Below are positions 25,142-33,981 of a DNA stretch of 56,995 bases, piece after piece; position 1 is the stretch's first letter; each line of letters starts with the position of its first letter. The stretch spans positions 1 through 56,995 of the forward strand of contig CAZXME010000001.1 in assembly GCA_964641515.1 (NCBI GenBank), written 5' to 3'. Source of the DNA: an uncultured Methanosarcinales archaeon (GTDB taxonomy: Archaea > Nanobdellota > Nanobdellia > Woesearchaeales > CG1-02-33-12). The notes beneath the pieces were generated by a model that did not search any database, had not been told where the DNA came from, and saw only the letters and a list, made by a program, of their open reading frames with translations. A program made the translations under genes and the position numbers.

Positions 25142-26119
25142 ATGAACGTTTTAGACAATATAATAAAAAAAGCCAGAAAAAACCCTAAGAATATTGTTTT
25201 TCCAGAAGCATTAGATGAGAGGATTTTAAAGGCTTCTGAAATTATCTTAAAAAAAGGAATTGCAAGGGTTATTCTTTTAGGCAATCCAAAAGAAGTGATT
25301 GAGAAGGCAGATAAACTAAAGCTTAATCTTAATGGCATTAAAATAATTAATCACTTAAAATCAGAAAAATTTGAAAGTTATGCAAAAAAGCTTTTTGAGT
25401 TAAGGAAGAATAAAGGAATTAGTTTGAATGATGCTGAAAAAATGCTGAAAAATGAGCTCTACTTTGGTGCTATGATGCTGAACTGCAATGATGCTGATGG
25501 CTTAATAGGGGGGGCATCTCATTCAACATCAGAAGCAGTAAGGGTAGCTTTTCAGATAATAAAAACAAAAAAGAATGTTAAAAAAGTGTCTGGTGCTATG
25601 ATTATGATAAAAAATGACAAATTGCTGCTATTTGCTGATTGCGCAATTATTCCAAACCCAAGCTCAGAAGATCTTGCTGAAATCTCAAGGCTTTCAATCA
25701 AAACATTTGAAAATCTTTTTAATAAAAAAGCAAGAGTAGGAATGCTTTCATATTCAACAATTGGCTCTGGAAAGGGAGAAGATGTGGATAGGGTAAGAAA
25801 AGCAGTAAATATTGCCAAAAAATCCGGATTAAATGTTGTTGGTGAAATTCAGCCAGATGCTGCCCTCATAGAAGATGTTTGTGAAATAAAATGTCCTAGT
25901 ATTAACTGCCGGAAAAAAATTAATGTGCTTGTGTTTCCGAGCCTTAATTCTGGCAATATTTCATACAAGCTTGTTGAAAGATTAGGGAATGTAAGGGCAA
26001 TTGGCCCAATACTTCAGGGCCTTAAAAAACCAATGAATGACCTATCAAGAGGATGCTCTGTTCAGGATATTGTTGACCTTGCTGCAATAACTGTCGTACA
26101 GGCCCAAAAAAGGGATTAA
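25142..26119 (+). CDS. pta: Phosphate acetyltransferase (short form)
   Basis: Motifs present: IVFPEALDERILKAS, ADGLIGGASHSTSEAVR, FADCAIIPNP, GEIQPDAAL, NDLSRG. Confidence 0.9.
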   Translation: MNVLDNIIKKARKNPKNIVFPEALDERILKASEIILKKGIARVILLGNPKEVIEKADKLKLNLNGIKIINHLKSEKFESYAKKLFELRKNKGISLNDAEKMLKNELYFGAMMLNCNDADGLIGGASHSTSEAVRVAFQIIKTKKNVKKVSGAMIMIKNDKLLLFADCAIIPNPSSEDLAEISRLSIKTFENLFNKKARVGMLSYSTIGSGKGEDVDRVRKAVNIAKKSGLNVVGEIQPDAALIEDVCEIKCPSINCRKKINVLVFPSLNSGNISYKLVERLGNVRAIGPILQGLKKPMNDLSRGCSVQDIVDLAAITVVQAQKRD

Positions 26120-26120
26120 C

Positions 26121-27302
26121 ATGAAAATTTTGGTATTAAATTCTGGCTCAAGCTCTCTGAAGTTTCAGCTTTTTGAGGTTAAAGAAAAAGAACATGTCTT
26201 GATTAAAGGAATTGTTGATGGCATTAGATTAGATAATTCATTTATCAAATATGAAATAGAATGTAACAGTAAGAAAATAAAGAAAAAAATTAAAAACCAT
26301 AGGATAGCATTAAAGAATGTTCTTGACATAATTCTGGCTAATAATATCATAAGTTCTCTTGGTGAAATAACGGCCATTGGCCACAGGGCAGTTCATGGCG
26401 GTGAGGAGTTTAAAAAAACTGTTTTGATTAATGATAAAGTTATGAAAAAGATTGAAGAATTAAGTGAGCTTGCCCCTTTGCATAATCCTGCAAACCTTAC
26501 TGGAATGAAAGTTTGCAAAGAACTCCTGCCAAATGTAAAACAGGTTGCTGTTTTTGATACTTGTTTTCATAGTAATATGCCTGAAAAAGCATTTGTTTAT
26601 GGGGTTCCTTATAAGTATTATAAAGAACATGGTATAAGGCGCTATGGATTCCATGGAACTTCACATCATTATGTTTCAGAAAAAGCAGCTGAAATCTTAA
26701 AAAAAGATTACAAGAAATTAAAAATAATAACCTGCCACTTGGGAAACGGCTCAAGCATTGCTGCAGTTATGAATGGAAAAAGTGTTGATACATCAATGGG
26801 TTTTACTCCTCTTGAAGGTATTGTTATGGGAACTCGCTGTGGTGATATTGACCCTGCTATAATCCTGTTTTTAATGAAAAAAGAAAAACTTTCTGTTAAA
26901 GAAATGGATAGTATATTAAACAAAAAATCAGGGTTATTGGGAATATCTGGAATAAGCCCTGATGTCAGGGTTTTATGGGATAATGAGAAAAAAGGAAACA
27001 AAAGAGCACATCTTACTCTTGATGTTCTTGCTTACAGAATTACAAAATATATTGGATCTTATATTTCTGTTTTAAATGGTGTTGATGCAATTGTTTTTAC
27101 AGCAGGCATTGGAGAGAATGCATATTATTTAAGGGAAAAAATACTTAAGAATTTTGAATACATTGGCCTTAAGATTGACAAAAAAAGAAACAAAAACAAT
27201 GAGTTAATAATCTCAGCAGATAATTCTAAGATAAAGGCCTTAGTAATCCCAACAAACGAAGAACTCCAAATAGCCAGAGAAACCTTTGAGTTAGTTAAAT
27301 AA
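26121..27302 (+). CDS. ackA: Acetate kinase
   Basis: Motifs present: MKILVLNSGSSSLKFQLF, HRAVHGG, HNPANL, RRYGFHGTSH, CHLGNGSSIAA, FTAGIGEN. Confidence 0.95.
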   Translation: MKILVLNSGSSSLKFQLFEVKEKEHVLIKGIVDGIRLDNSFIKYEIECNSKKIKKKIKNHRIALKNVLDIILANNIISSLGEITAIGHRAVHGGEEFKKTVLINDKVMKKIEELSELAPLHNPANLTGMKVCKELLPNVKQVAVFDTCFHSNMPEKAFVYGVPYKYYKEHGIRRYGFHGTSHHYVSEKAAEILKKDYKKLKIITCHLGNGSSIAAVMNGKSVDTSMGFTPLEGIVMGTRCGDIDPAIILFLMKKEKLSVKEMDSILNKKSGLLGISGISPDVRVLWDNEKKGNKRAHLTLDVLAYRITKYIGSYISVLNGVDAIVFTAGIGENAYYLREKILKNFEYIGLKIDKKRNKNNELIISADNSKIKALVIPTNEELQIARETFELVK

Positions 27303-27303
27303 A

Positions 27304-28365
27304 TTAATAATTTAACTTGTATCTTAGAATTGCTGCTATTCCGCCAAGGCCGTCGAGCTTCTTGCCGCCGTCGTGGTCTGAGCCAATTATATTCACATTG
27401 CCTTTCATGCTCTCTGTGTTTTTCATCATCTGGTCTATTTTTTCATAAGTTTTATTTAATCTTGTCTTTTGTATGAGGCCGTCTGTAACCAATAGTTTTT
27501 CAACAGCTCCTGCATTAACAGCTTTTTCTGTTTCTTTCAGGCCATAAACAGCTAAATTGTTTTTTGAGATTTCCTCTAATAAAGATTCAACTAGCTTTAG
27601 CTCTTTTGCAATCCTCTGCTGGCTCAGGACATTTTTTACCTCGGGCCTTTTCAAGACCTCATTAATTGCCTCTTTTCCAGAGCAGGAGCATGTTGCTAAA
27701 GTAATTTTGTTCTTAACTTCTTTATCTTTTATGTTTTTCATTAAATCTTCTTTCCAGAATGAAGGACTTGCCAGTATTATGTTTTCAATCTTGTATCTTT
27801 TAACATAATCATAAAGCTTGTTTACAACCTCTGCATAAAAGTTTCCTGTTTTTGTTTTTACATCGGCTTTTTTCTCAACATCCCCTTTAATCTCAGATAA
27901 CAGACTAAAGCCCTGTCTTTTTAAAAGCCCAAAGCATACATCATCCCTGTCAAGAACACAGATTAGTATTTTTTTGGTTTCAACTGAGGCCTGTTTTATT
28001 TTCTCAATCTGGAAGCTTAGCCATTGCTTTTTTATTAGTGTAATTATAGAACCCTGCTCAAGGTTAAATGTGTGGTATGAGCCTTTTTGTATATCTTCTG
28101 GACCTTGGGTTATAGTTCCTGAAACCCTCAAGACAGAAGAATATTCATGAAATTCTATACTTTCAACTTTTATTTCAATGAAAATAGTTTTCTTGATAAT
28201 AGTGGATTTTCTTTGGTCATTATCCCCTATTTTTATTTTTCTTATAGTCTTGCCTTTAACAAAATCATCTGGCTCTATTATATGGCTTAAACACCAGAGG
28301 TCATCCATATTCTCTATTTTGAGTTTTGCTTCCCCTTTCTTCAAATTAAAGTGTATTTGTTTCAT
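27304..28365 (-). CDS. pelA: Pelota (Dom34 homolog, mRNA surveillance/ribosome rescue)
   Basis: 353 aa with a three-domain eRF1-like layout. The C-terminal block is AVYGLKETEKAVNAGAVEKLLVTD. Confidence 0.85.
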   Translation of the reverse strand: MKQIHFNLKKGEAKLKIENMDDLWCLSHIIEPDDFVKGKTIRKIKIGDNDQRKSTIIKKTIFIEIKVESIEFHEYSSVLRVSGTITQGPEDIQKGSYHTFNLEQGSIITLIKKQWLSFQIEKIKQASVETKKILICVLDRDDVCFGLLKRQGFSLLSEIKGDVEKKADVKTKTGNFYAEVVNKLYDYVKRYKIENIILASPSFWKEDLMKNIKDKEVKNKITLATCSCSGKEAINEVLKRPEVKNVLSQQRIAKELKLVESLLEEISKNNLAVYGLKETEKAVNAGAVEKLLVTDGLIQKTRLNKTYEKIDQMMKNTESMKGNVNIIGSDHDGGKKLDGLGGIAAILRYKLNY

Positions 28366-28425
28366 ACCTTTAAAATAGGAAAACTTATATATATTAAGTT
28401 ATCTATTTGATGTAGGTGATCATAC

Positions 28426-29637
28426 ATGAATTTAACTATAAAAAGTAAAAAAGCTGATAATACCATTACTAGCGCTGGAGGTGCAATGGGACTTGTTTCC
28501 CTTATGGTTGGATTTATCATATTATATATTATATTTCTTCCGCCAGATGAAAGGGCAAAATTATTAGGAGAAAATGAAACTGTTGTAGAAGCTGAAGAAA
28601 ATGCTAGTGTAGAAGATGAAGAAAACATTTTAATGCTTGAGTACCCTGGAAGAATTGATTATCTAAAAGAAAAAGAATATGAGCACGATATTTCCTGGTT
28701 TCATTTATATAAAACAATAGATGCACAGGAATTAGATACTATCAATCCGTTTGTTATAAGGCATGGGTTATTTGATGAGGTAAAAAAAGAAATTCCTTTA
28801 AAGATATCAGATTTGAAAAATACAGAAAGTATTTTATTATCATTTACAGCAAAAAAGTATGATGGATTACTAACTATAAAATTAAATGATGTTAATATAT
28901 TTGAGAGTGAAATAACAACATCAAATCCAAAACCAATCAAACTTAAAAAAGATTATCTTGAAGAAAATAATATATTGGAGTTTAGTGTTTCTGGAACAGG
29001 GATTAAGTTTTGGTCAACAAATATTTACAGCTTGGATGATATCAAAATAGTTGGCGATGTTGCCGATATAAGCAGGCAGGAAAGCAAGAATATATTCTTT
29101 ATAAGCGAGAATGAAAAACTAAATTTAGAGAGAGCAAAACTCAGGTTTTTGCCTGAGTGCGAACAAGGGGATGTTGGAAAACTTGATATATTAATTAATT
29201 ATCAAGAAGTCTTTTCTGGAGTGCCTGACTGCAAAACAATCAATATGTATACTTTCTCACCATCAGTTTTACATAAAGGTGATAATAATATTGTTTTTAA
29301 GACAGACAAGGGCTCTTACCTTATTGAACAAATAAAGATAACAACTGACCTTAAAGAGCTAAGTTATTCAACATATTATTTTCCGATTAATGAAACAACA
29401 ATTGAAAAGATTGAAGGGGATGAATATGATGCTGTGTTTTCTATTGAATTTATAGATGACAAAAAAGACAAGGAAATGAACATCAACATAAACAACAGGA
29501 TGATTTATGTTGATACAGATGAAGTAGATTATTACAAAAATATAGATGACTATGTAAAAGAAGGCAACAATTTCATAAAGATAGAGCCATTATCAATGCT
29601 TGATATTGTTGAGTTAAAAGTAGAGCTTGAAGAATGA
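28426..29637 (+). CDS. N-terminally anchored beta-rich extracytoplasmic protein (three similar ~100-aa modules), unknown family
   Basis: 403 aa. AGGTGA lies 8 nt upstream. The TM segment is GLVSLMVGFIILYIIFL. Recurrent modules end in ...NNILEFSV, ...NNIVFKTDKGSYLIEQIKI and ...GNNFIKIEPLSMLDIVELKVEL. Confidence 0.65.
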   Translation: MNLTIKSKKADNTITSAGGAMGLVSLMVGFIILYIIFLPPDERAKLLGENETVVEAEENASVEDEENILMLEYPGRIDYLKEKEYEHDISWFHLYKTIDAQELDTINPFVIRHGLFDEVKKEIPLKISDLKNTESILLSFTAKKYDGLLTIKLNDVNIFESEITTSNPKPIKLKKDYLEENNILEFSVSGTGIKFWSTNIYSLDDIKIVGDVADISRQESKNIFFISENEKLNLERAKLRFLPECEQGDVGKLDILINYQEVFSGVPDCKTINMYTFSPSVLHKGDNNIVFKTDKGSYLIEQIKITTDLKELSYSTYYFPINETTIEKIEGDEYDAVFSIEFIDDKKDKEMNININNRMIYVDTDEVDYYKNIDDYVKEGNNFIKIEPLSMLDIVELKVELEE

Positions 29638-29666
29638 TTTTTTTGTTTTTCTAAAAAAGAGGAGTT

Positions 29667-31934
29667 ATGCCAGGAGAAAGAGATGCAATATCGGATATTG
29701 TAAAGGGATGGTCAGGTGCGGCTGGAGCAAAGCTTGGTTCTATAAATTGCTTTTTTATTTTATGCCTACTTTTTCATATGTGGGATGTTTTAACAGACTT
29801 TAGAGAACTTAGCGCAAGGATAGTTGTTTATATATTACTCTTAATCATTGGATGGCTTACAATATTCAAAAAAGAGCAGGGTGTTATGGATATTGCTGAC
29901 CTCAAGATGCCAATAATACTTTCAACACTTGCTTTTTTTATACCATATTTAGGAAATGTAATACCTTTTTTTGCAAGGTCCCAGACATTTCATACAATGA
30001 TTATTTTTCTGCCTGTCTGGGTAATATATGTTGGTTTTGCAATGCAGGAAACAAAGTTTATTGTCTTCTTTAGATGGGTGCTTATTTTCTTTTGGCTGAT
30101 ATTATTTCTTCCCTCAATATTTATTGGTATTTCAACTGACTTTCATATAAGGGATATTGAATCAACAGTCAATGTACAACAGACAATAGTTGATGCAACA
30201 AGGGATTGGGGAAGTAATTTCAAAAGATTCTGGAAAAATGTTCTAGATATCCCAGCAAGAATTGGAAAAGAATTCCAACATATGATAATGTATGCAACAG
30301 GAGACTATTACACAGGTAAGGTTGATGAATATGAAAAAGAGCCAATAGGGGTTTATCTTGAAGACTTAGAATCAACAGACCCAGTGTTTTTCCAAGGCGA
30401 GAATATAACTGTTTGGGGAACTCTTAAAGCAAAAACTCTTGATGATAAAATAAATATAAAGGTTTCATGTTATGCAAAAGAAGGAAGCAAAGAAGTTATG
30501 GGAAATGTTATGCCTACTGAATTCAATATATATGATGAGGAAATTGAGGATATTAGCTGTGTATTCAGTGACCTTAAGCCAGGAAAGAAGGATGTTGTAT
30601 TTAATGCTGAATTCAATTTTGAGACAATGGCTTACTTAAAGCTTTATTTCATAAACAGAGAGACCTTAAGGGGTTTCAAAAGAGATAATATTGATGTTTT
30701 TGATTTTTATGATATAGATCATATAAATCCAGTTGCAATATATACTAATGGACCTATAAGAATGGGAATGGGAATAAAAAAAGAGCTTCCAATTGGAGTA
30801 GATACTGATGAAGAAAATATTCCATTTTCTTTAGGAATAACCCTCCAGAATGATTGGGGTGGAATAATAAAGGATGTAACTGAGTTAAATGTTTATTTGC
30901 ATGATAGCATGGGATTAATAAGGTGTGACCATGAATTCGAAAATATGGGGCATGTAGATGAGGAACAGGCAAGTTATAATGTTTATAGTTTAGTTGTTCC
31001 TAACAGAAGAACACAAAATATATCTGATTATGAAACTATTACATGTAGTGTAAATGTCCTTGATCCTGAAAGTTTGCTTGGTGGCGAGGGTATAATAACA
31101 AGATATTTCAGAGTCTCAACAAAATACATTTATGAGCTTGAAAAATCAACTTCTGTTGAGGTAGAGGAAACAGAAGGGTATGAAGCAGCTCCGGATGTTG
31201 ATGAGTTAAAAGAAGTAAAAGAGAGTGAAGAAATAAAGAAAGAATGTGACAGTATAGAAAATTGTGATGATTACAACAATGAAAAGAAATACTATGATTT
31301 ATATGATTTTAGCACCAGGACATGGTGTGAGGCAGACCCATGCGGCCTAAAAAACTGCTATTGGGATGAAACCAAGATGAAATGTATGGAAAAAGAAGAA
31401 GAGGAACTAGAAGAAGGGGAAGGAATGGAAAAACCTGTTACTAAAATTACTGCGACAAAAGAACAAATAGATAACTACCTCAAAGAAAAAGCTGGTCCAA
31501 AGCTTAAGGACGCTGGTGACATTTTTTATGAATATGGAAATTATTATGGGATTGACCCTGCTTTTGCTATTGCGGTATCTAAACAAGAAACATCTTTATC
31601 AAAAGATACTTGTGCAAGTATCTCGCAAGATTGTAATAACTTTTTTTGTATGACTCATGATGCAGCTAAAATTACTGATTTATCTACTGGAACTTGTGGA
31701 ACGTGGGCTAGTTTTAGCAGTGTTGATGATGGAATCAGAGCTTTTTATATATATATTAAAGAAGGATATCTTGAAAGAGAGAAAATAGGAGAAAAGCCTC
31801 AAACAACTCCTGCAGAAATAACTTGTGCGTCTGGTTCGGGATTTACAACGCATTGTTATTGTGGTACTACTCTTGAAGAACATGATGATTGGGCAACAAA
31901 GATTGCAAATTTCAGAGAAGAAGTATCATCATAA
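29667..31934 (+). CDS. Polytopic membrane protein with a large beta-rich domain, a Cys-rich linker and a C-terminal lysozyme-like (GH23 SLT / GH73-like) domain
   Basis: 755 aa. GAGGAG lies upstream. There are about 5-6 TM helices in residues 20-160. Residues ~225-500 resemble the downstream lipoprotein family. Residues ~526-575 are a Cys-rich acidic linker. Residues ~597-750 carry GIDPAFAIAVSKQETSLSKD...NNFFCMT...WASFSSVDDGIRAF. Confidence 0.65.
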   Translation: MPGERDAISDIVKGWSGAAGAKLGSINCFFILCLLFHMWDVLTDFRELSARIVVYILLLIIGWLTIFKKEQGVMDIADLKMPIILSTLAFFIPYLGNVIPFFARSQTFHTMIIFLPVWVIYVGFAMQETKFIVFFRWVLIFFWLILFLPSIFIGISTDFHIRDIESTVNVQQTIVDATRDWGSNFKRFWKNVLDIPARIGKEFQHMIMYATGDYYTGKVDEYEKEPIGVYLEDLESTDPVFFQGENITVWGTLKAKTLDDKINIKVSCYAKEGSKEVMGNVMPTEFNIYDEEIEDISCVFSDLKPGKKDVVFNAEFNFETMAYLKLYFINRETLRGFKRDNIDVFDFYDIDHINPVAIYTNGPIRMGMGIKKELPIGVDTDEENIPFSLGITLQNDWGGIIKDVTELNVYLHDSMGLIRCDHEFENMGHVDEEQASYNVYSLVVPNRRTQNISDYETITCSVNVLDPESLLGGEGIITRYFRVSTKYIYELEKSTSVEVEETEGYEAAPDVDELKEVKESEEIKKECDSIENCDDYNNEKKYYDLYDFSTRTWCEADPCGLKNCYWDETKMKCMEKEEEELEEGEGMEKPVTKITATKEQIDNYLKEKAGPKLKDAGDIFYEYGNYYGIDPAFAIAVSKQETSLSKDTCASISQDCNNFFCMTHDAAKITDLSTGTCGTWASFSSVDDGIRAFYIYIKEGYLEREKIGEKPQTTPAEITCASGSGFTTHCYCGTTLEEHDDWATKIANFREEVSS

Positions 31935-31998
31935 TATCAATAATTATTTAAATAAATATTTTGAATATGATAAAATATTTGCCAATTAAAAAATAAAG

Positions 31999-32931
31999 AT
32001 GAAACAAAACAAAAATACTGGAATTATTTTATTAGTTATAATAACATTAGTTTTCTTTTTATCTGGGTGCATAGGGCCATTTAATCTTCAAAATCCAGCT
32101 AACCAAGATGAGTTTCGTAAGGGGAATGATGGCATATTAATAAATTTTTTAGATAATGCCCCTCCAAGCGAAACATATGAAGATTATCCATTCAGTATAG
32201 GCCTTATGTTAAAGAATGCTGGAGCATATGATACAAACGGTGGAATTATTTCTTTTACAGTTGAAGAGGATTACATAGACCTGTTAGACAATAATGATAT
32301 TAGGTTTAATCTAAAGGGAAAATCCCTTGCTCTTCCAATAGGGGATCAGAAAACTGAGGTAATAAGAGCAAAAGCAAAAAAAATAAGCGGGCAAAGTGAA
32401 ATGCATACATCTAAAATATTAACAAGTATATGCTACCCCTATCAGACAAAAAAAAGTGTTGATGTATGCATAGACACAGACATATATAATATAAAGAATA
32501 TTCAAAAAGTATGTAATGTAAAGGACATAACATTAACCACTCAGGGAGCACCAGTTGCAATAACAAAGATAGAAAGTGAAATGCTTTCATCAGAAGACGA
32601 GAATATTGTAAAACCCTCCTTTGAAATATATGTAAAAAATGTCGGGGATGGAATAGCTTTTGCTAAAGAGAAAGTCAATGATGCATGCTCTTCTGCACCA
32701 TTAAAATATGAGGAATTAAATGCAGTTGAAATAAAAGTTATGATGTCTGGTGAAGAACTTCAGTGCAGGGAAAAAATATTAAAGTTAAAGGAAAATAAAG
32801 ACAGTGTGAGATGTGTTTTTGAAAAAGGTATATCTACAGAAAAGTTTGTTTATACAACCCCTCTTACAATTGAATTAAACTATGGTTATTCTACCTCAAT
32901 ATCAAAAGACATATTAATAAAAAAAGAGTAG
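31999..32931 (+). CDS. Lipoprotein-like secreted protein, paralog 1 of 3
   Basis: 310 aa with lipobox-like LSGC. Shared family blocks: FRKGNDGILINFLDNAPPSETYEDYPF...LKNAGAY, ICYPYQT...VCID, QGAPVAITKIE, YTTPLTIELNYGYSTSISKDILI. Confidence 0.75.
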   Translation: MKQNKNTGIILLVIITLVFFLSGCIGPFNLQNPANQDEFRKGNDGILINFLDNAPPSETYEDYPFSIGLMLKNAGAYDTNGGIISFTVEEDYIDLLDNNDIRFNLKGKSLALPIGDQKTEVIRAKAKKISGQSEMHTSKILTSICYPYQTKKSVDVCIDTDIYNIKNIQKVCNVKDITLTTQGAPVAITKIESEMLSSEDENIVKPSFEIYVKNVGDGIAFAKEKVNDACSSAPLKYEELNAVEIKVMMSGEELQCREKILKLKENKDSVRCVFEKGISTEKFVYTTPLTIELNYGYSTSISKDILIKKE

Positions 32932-32975
32932 TCAATAGAAAGTTTTAAATACAAATCAGAGGATTATATAACAAA

Positions 32976-33926
32976 ATGAGAAAGATTATATTAATAACCT
33001 TCATATTTCTTTTATTTCTTAGTTTTGGATGTACTCCAAAAACAGAGGACAGTGTTGATTACAGAAAAGGAACTCAGGGAATTGTTATGAATTTTATGGA
33101 AGATATGCCTCCAGCAAAGATGTATGATAACATGCCAATTGATCTTGTTGTGGAAATAAGAAACAAAGGGGCTTATCCCCAGCCAAATCCTATTACAGGT
33201 TGGGCAATTAATGTAATTAACCCAAATGCAAAAGGAATAGGCACACTCTATCTTAGTGGTTTTGATGACAAAATTGTAACAGGCATGCCAAAACAAATGA
33301 AAATTCCAGAACTTGAAGGAAAAACTTCCTATAACCTAGAAGGGGGTTTTGATACAGTTTTATTTCATGGGAATATAGTAGATCTTAGTAGCAGGAAGAT
33401 CGATACTAATTATAATGCAGAATTCCTTGTAATATCATGTTATAATTATGAAACAATAGCATATCAAACAGTTTGCATTGATCCGGATCCTTATTCAATA
33501 AAGCAAAAGACAAAGGTTTGTACTGTTCCCCCAAGTTATTCATTATCTGGCGGTCAGGGAGCTCCTGTTGCTGTTACAAAAATAGAGGAGACTACTCTTG
33601 CAAACAAAATACAATTTATAATATATATAAAAAACGTTGGCAGTGGTAAGGTTATTGATAAGAACAGGCTTAATATTGACTGCCCATATTCATTAAGCAG
33701 TGAAAATCTTGATAAGGTTTATGTAAGTGGACGTGTATCTGGATACAGCCTTAGCTGTAAGCCAAGAAATCCAATCACTTTAACAAAAGGGGAGAGAATT
33801 GTTGTATGCACTATCCCAAAACCAACAATGAGCAGATCAGCATACACTACTCCGCTTCAGATTAAATTAGAGTATGGTTATTCATCATCGATACAAAGGA
33901 GTGTTGAAATATTAAACACACCCTGA
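32976..33926 (+). CDS. Lipoprotein-like secreted protein, paralog 2 of 3
   Basis: 316 aa. The signal ends in SFGC. Blocks: YRKGTQGIVMNFMEDMPPAKMYDNMPI...IRNKGAY, SCYNYET...VCID, QGAPVAVTKIEE, YTTPLQIKLEYGYSSSIQRSVEIL. Confidence 0.75.
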   Translation: MRKIILITFIFLLFLSFGCTPKTEDSVDYRKGTQGIVMNFMEDMPPAKMYDNMPIDLVVEIRNKGAYPQPNPITGWAINVINPNAKGIGTLYLSGFDDKIVTGMPKQMKIPELEGKTSYNLEGGFDTVLFHGNIVDLSSRKIDTNYNAEFLVISCYNYETIAYQTVCIDPDPYSIKQKTKVCTVPPSYSLSGGQGAPVAVTKIEETTLANKIQFIIYIKNVGSGKVIDKNRLNIDCPYSLSSENLDKVYVSGRVSGYSLSCKPRNPITLTKGERIVVCTIPKPTMSRSAYTTPLQIKLEYGYSSSIQRSVEILNTP

Positions 33927-33981
33927 TTAACAGAAAAATTTATATAATCAAATAATGTATTAAAAACTGGAGGCTTAAAAA

